This document shows positions 16,637 through 21,396 of a stretch of DNA of 21,396 nucleotides, piece after piece (position 1 is the first letter of the stretch; each line of letters starts with the position of its first letter). The stretch comes from a virus (taxonomy: Duplodnaviria > Heunggongvirae > Uroviricota > Caudoviricetes). The position numbers and the translations under genes were made by a program. Under the pieces are notes generated by a model. The model saw only the letters and a list, made by a program, of their open reading frames with translations, did not search any database and was not told the DNA's origin. Location: IMG/VR virus record IMGVR_UViG_2737471827_000008, positions 1 to 21,396 of that record. One strand, written 5' to 3'.

Positions 16637-17490
16637 GCACGCACTCCGTACACGGCAGAACTATCCACGCTACGCGAAGGATCAAATCCCACCCAGCAGC
16701 GCGGCCCGGAAACAGCGATGATTTCTGTTGCAGATTTACTCTCACCAGCTGCTACACCGATGCTGCGTTTTGCTTTGATGTAGTGGTGAGTAAAATTGCG
16801 ATACAGCGAACGGATCAGGGATGTATCACTGTTAGAAACAATGACCGGATGTCCTTCTGATGACCGATGTTCAAGAACGGATGCCAGGTGATACTGGTCA
16901 TCTTCAGTGAAGCCGTCAGTGTGATAGCCGGAAAACGTACCGTCATAAGGCGGATCACAATACACCACATCCCCCACCTGCAGCATCGCCAGCGTTTCAT
17001 CAAAGCTGGCGCAGATAAACGTTGCTCGCTGGGCTTTCTCTGCAAATGCGCGAATTTCTTTTTCAGGGAAATACGGATTTTTATAATTACCGTATGGAAT
17101 GTTGAAATGCCCGCTCTTGTTATAACGACATAACCCACGGTAACCGTGACGATTGAGATACAGGAAATATACCGCTTTCATGAAATCAGTAATTTCAGTT
17201 GAGTAATTAAACTCCTGTCTTATGTTGTAATAAGTCACCTCCCTGTTTGCGTCCTCAAATAAAGCTCTGGCACGAGATATAAACACCTCACAATCAGCGG
17301 CAACCTTTTTATAGAGGTTGATTAAATCAGGATTAATATCCGCAACCAGATAGCAGGGATAATCCGTCTCCATCATCACAGCACAGGAACCCGCGAAAGG
17401 TTCAACCAGTCGCGGGCCAGCAGGAAGGTGTTTTTTCAGTTCGGACATAATGGCGGTTTTATTTCCCGCCCATTTCAGGATGGTGCTCAT
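16633..17490 (-). CDS. dam: DNA adenine methyltransferase (Dam-like N6-adenine MTase)
   Basis: Start placed at ATG 17490 ([11 protein letters not shown]...) overlapping the upstream stop; catalytic DPPY motif (VYCDPPYDG) and N-terminal AdoMet-binding FxGxG-type motif (EPFAGSCAV). Confidence 0.85.
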   Translation of the reverse strand: MSTILKWAGNKTAIMSELKKHLPAGPRLVEPFAGSCAVMMETDYPCYLVADINPDLINLYKKVAADCEVFISRARALFEDANREVTYYNIRQEFNYSTEITDFMKAVYFLYLNRHGYRGLCRYNKSGHFNIPYGNYKNPYFPEKEIRAFAEKAQRATFICASFDETLAMLQVGDVVYCDPPYDGTFSGYHTDGFTEDDQYHLASVLEHRSSEGHPVIVSNSDTSLIRSLYRNFTHHYIKAKRSIGVAAGESKSATEIIAVSGPRCWVGFDPSRSVDSSAVYGVRA

Positions 17491-17714
17491 ACAGCACCTC
17501 CGTTGTAATGTTTGCCTTTCAGCTCTGCAATTTCCTGGCAGGTAATGCAAAGCTGCACACCCGGAATGGCACGGCGGCGTGCTGGCGGAATTGGCGCTTC
17601 ACACTCAATGCAAAGCACGCGAGACACGCCCGGTGTTTTGGCACGGGCAGCACGGATATGGCGCTGGCGTTCTTCTTCAACGCGCTGCTGTACGAGATCC
17701 ATTGCATCAGCCAT
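17487..17714 (-). CDS. TraR/DksA-family C4 zinc-finger protein
   Basis: 75 aa with CIECEAPIP...CITCQ (CxxC-N17-CxxC). Confidence 0.7.
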   Translation of the reverse strand: MADAMDLVQQRVEEERQRHIRAARAKTPGVSRVLCIECEAPIPPARRRAIPGVQLCITCQEIAELKGKHYNGGAV

Positions 17715-17947
17715 TAGTGGATCTCCTGCGCTTCGTTCTGGATTGCTTCAGCAGTCACACGCAGCAGTTCTGCCGCTTCCACGTGGTTTAGCTGACGGGA
17801 TGAGATATGACACGCCAGGCTATCAAGGCGAGCTGCCATTGCTTCAGCCCTTGCCCGGCGTTCTTCCAGACGAGCCTCTGTCAGTAAAATATTAAGCCCT
17901 GCATCATCCGGTCCGGTTTTAGTCGTGAGGATTTCAATATTACGCAT
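17714..17947 (-). CDS. Hypothetical small early protein
   Basis: Start placed at ATG 17947 with AGGAG upstream; stop overlaps the traR-like start (TAATG). Confidence 0.45.
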   Translation of the reverse strand: MRNIEILTTKTGPDDAGLNILLTEARLEERRARAEAMAARLDSLACHISSRQLNHVEAAELLRVTAEAIQNEAQEIH

Positions 17948-18014
17948 AATCAATTCTCCTGAATTTAGATAAAGGGATGCTCGGCGGGTTTACGCCATTA
18001 ATTTCATTAGTTGG

Positions 18015-18356
18015 TTAATTCGGCATGGTTAGCCGTCTGGGAAATAAGCTCACCACTGCACGAAAATGATTCATTGCTTTAATCAACTCCCGCTTTTCGT
18101 CAGTGGTCAGCTCATTGATGCTGATGCTATGACGTTCAGCCGGAATTTTTGCCATAAAGAATATGGCTGCCAGTGCTCGTTTATTTTGTTCGTTATTGAT
18201 ATCCCGTGGATCACGCATATCTTTAATAAACCGCTCAAGCTCTGACTCAATATTCAGGCCAAAAACTTTTGCCCTTAATTCCGCTATGTGATTAAGTCCA
18301 TTCAGGCGTTCACCGGGGCTTAATGGAACAGTCGCCGCAGCGCCTTCAATAGCCAT
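18015..18356 (-). CDS. Hypothetical early protein (113 aa)
   Basis: ORF in the early operon between CII and A; no recognisable motif. Confidence 0.45.
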   Translation of the reverse strand: MAIEGAAATVPLSPGERLNGLNHIAELRAKVFGLNIESELERFIKDMRDPRDINNEQNKRALAAIFFMAKIPAERHSISINELTTDEKRELIKAMNHFRAVVSLFPRRLTMPN

Positions 18357-18520
18357 TTGTTCCCCCGTTTTTTCGTAGATAGTTCTGCCAGCAATTCATC
18401 TTGTGAACGGCACGGATGCCAGCGTTTTCCATCCTCACCCATGATCCAGCCGTGACCGTAGTGCATTGCCGGGCTTTGCTTTACCAGCAGCGATGCAAAT
18501 GATGGTTCTTTCGTCAGCAT
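18320..18520 (-). CDS. Hypothetical small early protein; start uncertain, overlaps next gene by about 37 nt
   Basis: ATG at 18520 (MLTKEPSF...) with GAGGTG upstream, just after the CII stop. Confidence 0.3.
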   Translation of the reverse strand: MLTKEPSFASLLVKQSPAMHYGHGWIMGEDGKRWHPCRSQDELLAELSTKKRGNKWLLKALRRLFH

Positions 18521-18527
18521 AAGCACC

Positions 18528-19037
18528 TCACAGCAAACCGAATGAAGCACCGAGGCCAGTCACGGTATCAACTGCACTCGCCATCGCAGGGTTAGCCTGT
18601 AAACGGGCCTGCAATGAAACAGCAGCCAACGCCATCAGTCGTGTTACAGAGTTAATGCTGCTGATAGCATCACGACGACCTGCACTGGTTTTTACATCGC
18701 CAGATACCGCACCTGCAGCAACACGCCCGATCTCTGCGGTTGCACTCATGACGTAATGTGGCAGTTTCTCTTTTGCCACCTCATTAATCGGTACGCATGG
18801 CAGGCAGTGAATCTGAGCCAGAAAACCATCTACCAGCGTTGAATCTTCAGTCAGATCGGTAAGCAGCCAGATTTCTGGTGCGGTTAATAAATGAGGTTGA
18901 GCTGGGTTCAACTTGTTCCGCAGAATCTGCACATTCATGCCAGCACGTTCTGCCAGTTGCACCAGGTTGTGGCGCAATGCGAATGCACGACAGGCTTCAT
19001 CAAAATGTGGATGTTTGGAAACTTGGTAATCAAACAT
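18528..19037 (-). CDS. cII: CII-like transcriptional regulator (phage 186 CII family)
   Basis: ATG at 19037 gives a 169 aa protein ([21 protein letters not shown]...) with an HTH-like segment; second gene of the operon divergent from cI. Confidence 0.55.
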   Translation of the reverse strand: MFDYQVSKHPHFDEACRAFALRHNLVQLAERAGMNVQILRNKLNPAQPHLLTAPEIWLLTDLTEDSTLVDGFLAQIHCLPCVPINEVAKEKLPHYVMSATAEIGRVAAGAVSGDVKTSAGRRDAISSINSVTRLMALAAVSLQARLQANPAMASAVDTVTGLGASFGLL

Positions 19038-19069
19038 GGTCAATGCCTCTGATGTATTTCAGAATCGAA

Positions 19070-19291
19070 CTAATTAAGGTTTAGATTGCATTCTGAAAGC
19101 GCATCAACGGTCATTGCTGCTATGTTGATCATCACTTTTTCGCGTTTTTTATCTTTGCGCAGACGATGACGGATAAGGCGTCCATCAGCCAACATGTCAT
19201 TGATGGTATCGATGGATAGCCCTGTCAGCTCGCTATAGCGTTCAATAGTCACATGAGGCGTGGTAAGAGTGATTGAAATGTTAGGTCTCAT
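19070..19291 (-). CDS. apl: Apl/Cox-like small HTH protein (excisionase / lytic-switch repressor)
   Basis: 73 aa basic protein; first gene transcribed divergently from cI, as apl in phage 186. Confidence 0.5.
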   Translation of the reverse strand: MRPNISITLTTPHVTIERYSELTGLSIDTINDMLADGRLIRHRLRKDKKREKVMINIAAMTVDALSECNLNLN

Positions 19292-19416
19292 GATGCAACA
19301 TTCCTCGTTTAATGATGATTAATCAGGACGAATACGGATCGTTTGTATTTTGTGAACACCATAAACATACGATCGCACAGTGAAATCGTCAAGATAAAAG
19401 TTCACTTGGAGTGACC
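19292..19416. promoter_or_regulatory. Lysis-lysogeny switch region between apl and cI
   Basis: AT-rich 125-bp gap between divergent regulators containing GTGAAC (19352-19357), GTGAAA (19379-19384) and GTTCAC (19400-19405) half-site-like repeats. Confidence 0.4.
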
Positions 19417-19986
19417 ATGAATTTGGAGAAAGGCGGACGAGGCGCTATAGAGCGCATGGTAGAAGCTTATGGATTCAAGACTCGACAGGCGTTGTGCGAT
19501 CATTTAGGAATCTCTAAAAGTACACTCGCCACACGCTACATGCGTGACTCATTCCCAGCAGAATGGGTAATCCAGTGCGCCCTTGAAACAGGCACCTCGC
19601 TTAATTGGCTCACAACCGGGCATGGTTCAAAGCAAACTTCAGGTAATACAAATACTATGGAAGTTGCTAAATATGTATTATCTGATGGGGCCTTGTGTGA
19701 AGACGGTTTTTATATTTTCGATAGAGAATTTCTACCGTCGGCATTCAAGAATCTTTTTGTAATCACAGATAATAATTCTGAATTTATTTGTGATAAGGAA
19801 TTTGATGATATACGTGATGGTAAATGGGTAATAAGTATTGATGGCGAAATAACGATCCGTGACATTACTCGTTTACCCGGTGGAAGAATCTTCGTCGAGG
19901 GTGGAAACAGAGCCTTCGAGTGCAAGATAGAAGATGTTGAAATAATTGGGAAAATTATAAGTTTAACAATTAAGTACGTTAGGTAA
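19417..19986 (+). CDS. cI: CI immunity repressor (phage 186 CI-like)
   Basis: About 189 aa from ATG 19417 (GGAG RBS); N-terminal HTH-like segment (TRQALCDHLGISKSTLATRYM) and C-terminal oligomerisation-type domain; upstream of int on the same strand. Confidence 0.75.
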   Translation: MNLEKGGRGAIERMVEAYGFKTRQALCDHLGISKSTLATRYMRDSFPAEWVIQCALETGTSLNWLTTGHGSKQTSGNTNTMEVAKYVLSDGALCEDGFYIFDREFLPSAFKNLFVITDNNSEFICDKEFDDIRDGKWVISIDGEITIRDITRLPGGRIFVEGGNRAFECKIEDVEIIGKIISLTIKYVR

Positions 19987-20001
19987 TACCGGGAGGAAAC
20001 T

Positions 20002-20193
20002 ATGCTTGGTAAGGTATTTTTTGTGGTTTTATCATGCTCTTTGTTATTAAACCCACTAACTACCTATGCTAAAAATTATCCTTGTTCTGGGAAAAAGGGA
20101 GGTGTCTCTCACTGTACCTCCGATGGAAAGTTCGTTTGCAATGATGGAACTATTAGTAAATCAAAAAAAATCTGTACTAAAAACTCGCGATAA
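20002..20193 (+). CDS. Small secreted Cys-rich protein (63 aa), unknown function
   Basis: Strong RBS GGGAGG 5 nt upstream; signal peptide [23 protein letters not shown]|K; four Cys in the roughly 40-aa mature part. Confidence 0.5.
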   Translation: MLGKVFFVVLSCSLLLNPLTTYAKNYPCSGKKGGVSHCTSDGKFVCNDGTISKSKKICTKNSR

Positions 20194-20379
20194 ATTTTGC
20201 TTTTATATCTGCGCCTAATATAACAATGAGCCGCAGGCTAACCGCAAAAGTCACATACTCACATAGCAAAAAATAGCTAACTTCATTATGGCTTCAGTGA
20301 GATGTATGGTCGCAGGATTTCATACATTGACACTGGTTATACATACAGTAAAAATGCTCTCTACTGGAGGGCATTTTTT

Positions 20380-21396
20380 ATGGCAGTACGAAAACTCACC
20401 ACAGGAAAATGGCTTTGCGAATGTTACCCCGCCGGACGTAGTGGACGTCGTGTGCGTAAACAATTCGCCACCAAAGGCGAAGCTCTGGCTTTTGAGCGTC
20501 ACACGATGGAAGAAACCGAAGCAAAGCCCTGGCTGGGCGAATCAGTGGATCGTCGGACATTGAAAGACGTGATTGAGCTATGGTTCAAACTACATGGTAA
20601 ATCTCTGACAGCTGGGCAGCATGTCTATGACAAACTGCTGTTGATGGTTGACGCTCTGGGCAATCCCCTTGCAACTGATCTAACCTCTAAAATGTTTGCC
20701 CACTATCGAGATAAACGCCTGACAGGTGAGATCTACTTCAGCGAGAAATGGAAGAAAGGAGCAAGCCCGGTCACCATTAACCTGGAGCAAAGCTATCTAA
20801 GTAGTGTTTTTAGCGAACTATCCCGCCTGGGCGAATGGTCGTATCCGAACCCACTGGAGAACATGCGAAAATTCACCATCGCAGAAAAAGAGATGGCATG
20901 GCTTACCCATGAGCAGATTGTTGAACTGCTGGCTGATTGCAAACGTCAGGACCCAATTCTGGCACTGGTAGTCAAGATATGCCTAAGCACAGGCGCACGC
21001 TGGCGAGAAGCAATAAATCTTACCCGCTCGCAAGTGACCAAATACCGAATTACCTTTGTAAGAACGAAGGGGAAGAAAAACAGAAGCATCCCTATCAGTA
21101 AAGAGCTTTACGAAGAGATCATGGCGCTTGATGGGTTCAATTTCTTTACAGACTGCTATTTTCAATTTTTATCCGTGATGGAAAAAACGTCTATCGTGCT
21201 CCCTCGCGGTCAACTGACACACGTTCTGCGCCATACGTTTGCGGCGCACTTCATGATGTCGGGTGGAAATATCCTTGCTTTGCAAAAAATCCTCGGACAT
21301 CACGATATAAAAATGACTATGCGCTATGCCCATTTAGCACCCGATCATCTTGAGACGGCTCTGAGATTCAACCCCCTCGCAACGCTAGAAGTGTGA
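20380..21396 (+). CDS. int: Tyrosine recombinase / phage integrase (P2-family)
   Basis: Start placed at ATG 20380 (MAVRKLTTGKW...) with GGAGG upstream; C-terminal catalytic region with ARWREA, HVLRHTFA and MRYAHL motifs (R...HxxR...Y); stop is the last codon of the window. Confidence 0.9.
   Translation: MAVRKLTTGKWLCECYPAGRSGRRVRKQFATKGEALAFERHTMEETEAKPWLGESVDRRTLKDVIELWFKLHGKSLTAGQHVYDKLLLMVDALGNPLATDLTSKMFAHYRDKRLTGEIYFSEKWKKGASPVTINLEQSYLSSVFSELSRLGEWSYPNPLENMRKFTIAEKEMAWLTHEQIVELLADCKRQDPILALVVKICLSTGARWREAINLTRSQVTKYRITFVRTKGKKNRSIPISKELYEEIMALDGFNFFTDCYFQFLSVMEKTSIVLPRGQLTHVLRHTFAAHFMMSGGNILALQKILGHHDIKMTMRYAHLAPDHLETALRFNPLATLEV

Noticed and set aside
1-21396. CRISPR array, tRNA or att core sequence
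   Set aside because: No regularly spaced direct repeats of CRISPR type and no tRNA-like cloverleaf were seen. The integrase ends at the last base of the window, so attL/attR would lie outside it.

Overview
This window is almost entirely a P2/186-family (peduovirus-like) prophage from an enterobacterial-type host, running from the 5' part of tail-fibre gene H at the left edge to the integrase stop codon at the right edge. No att site, tRNA or CRISPR array is visible. Left part (1-10.6 kb): a minus-strand late operon in P2 order (H, I, a truncated J, an R fragment, lysC/lysB, lysA, endolysin, holin, X, L, M, N, O), followed by the divergent P (terminase ATPase) and Q (portal) genes on the plus strand. 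The essential tail genes S, V and W are missing and R and J appear joined by a deletion scar, so the prophage is probably tail-defective. Middle part (10.6-14.2 kb): AT-rich accessory cargo around a cos-like site. The best candidate for an undescribed system is a translationally coupled two-gene operon (10626-11938) encoding a GHKL (RsbW-like) ATPase/kinase with an unknown N-terminal domain plus a small STAS-like protein; I do not recognise it as a named defence system. This region also holds two lipoprotein genes and a small gene behind a near-consensus LexA box in the position where phage 186 carries tum. Right part: replication gene A, a Dam-type methyltransferase, a TraR/DksA-like zinc-finger protein, small early ORFs, CII and Apl/Cox-like genes on the minus strand, then a 186-type CI repressor, a small secreted Cys-rich protein and the integrase on the plus strand. 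All family assignments come from reading the translations and from recalled P2/186 organisation; no database search was run.
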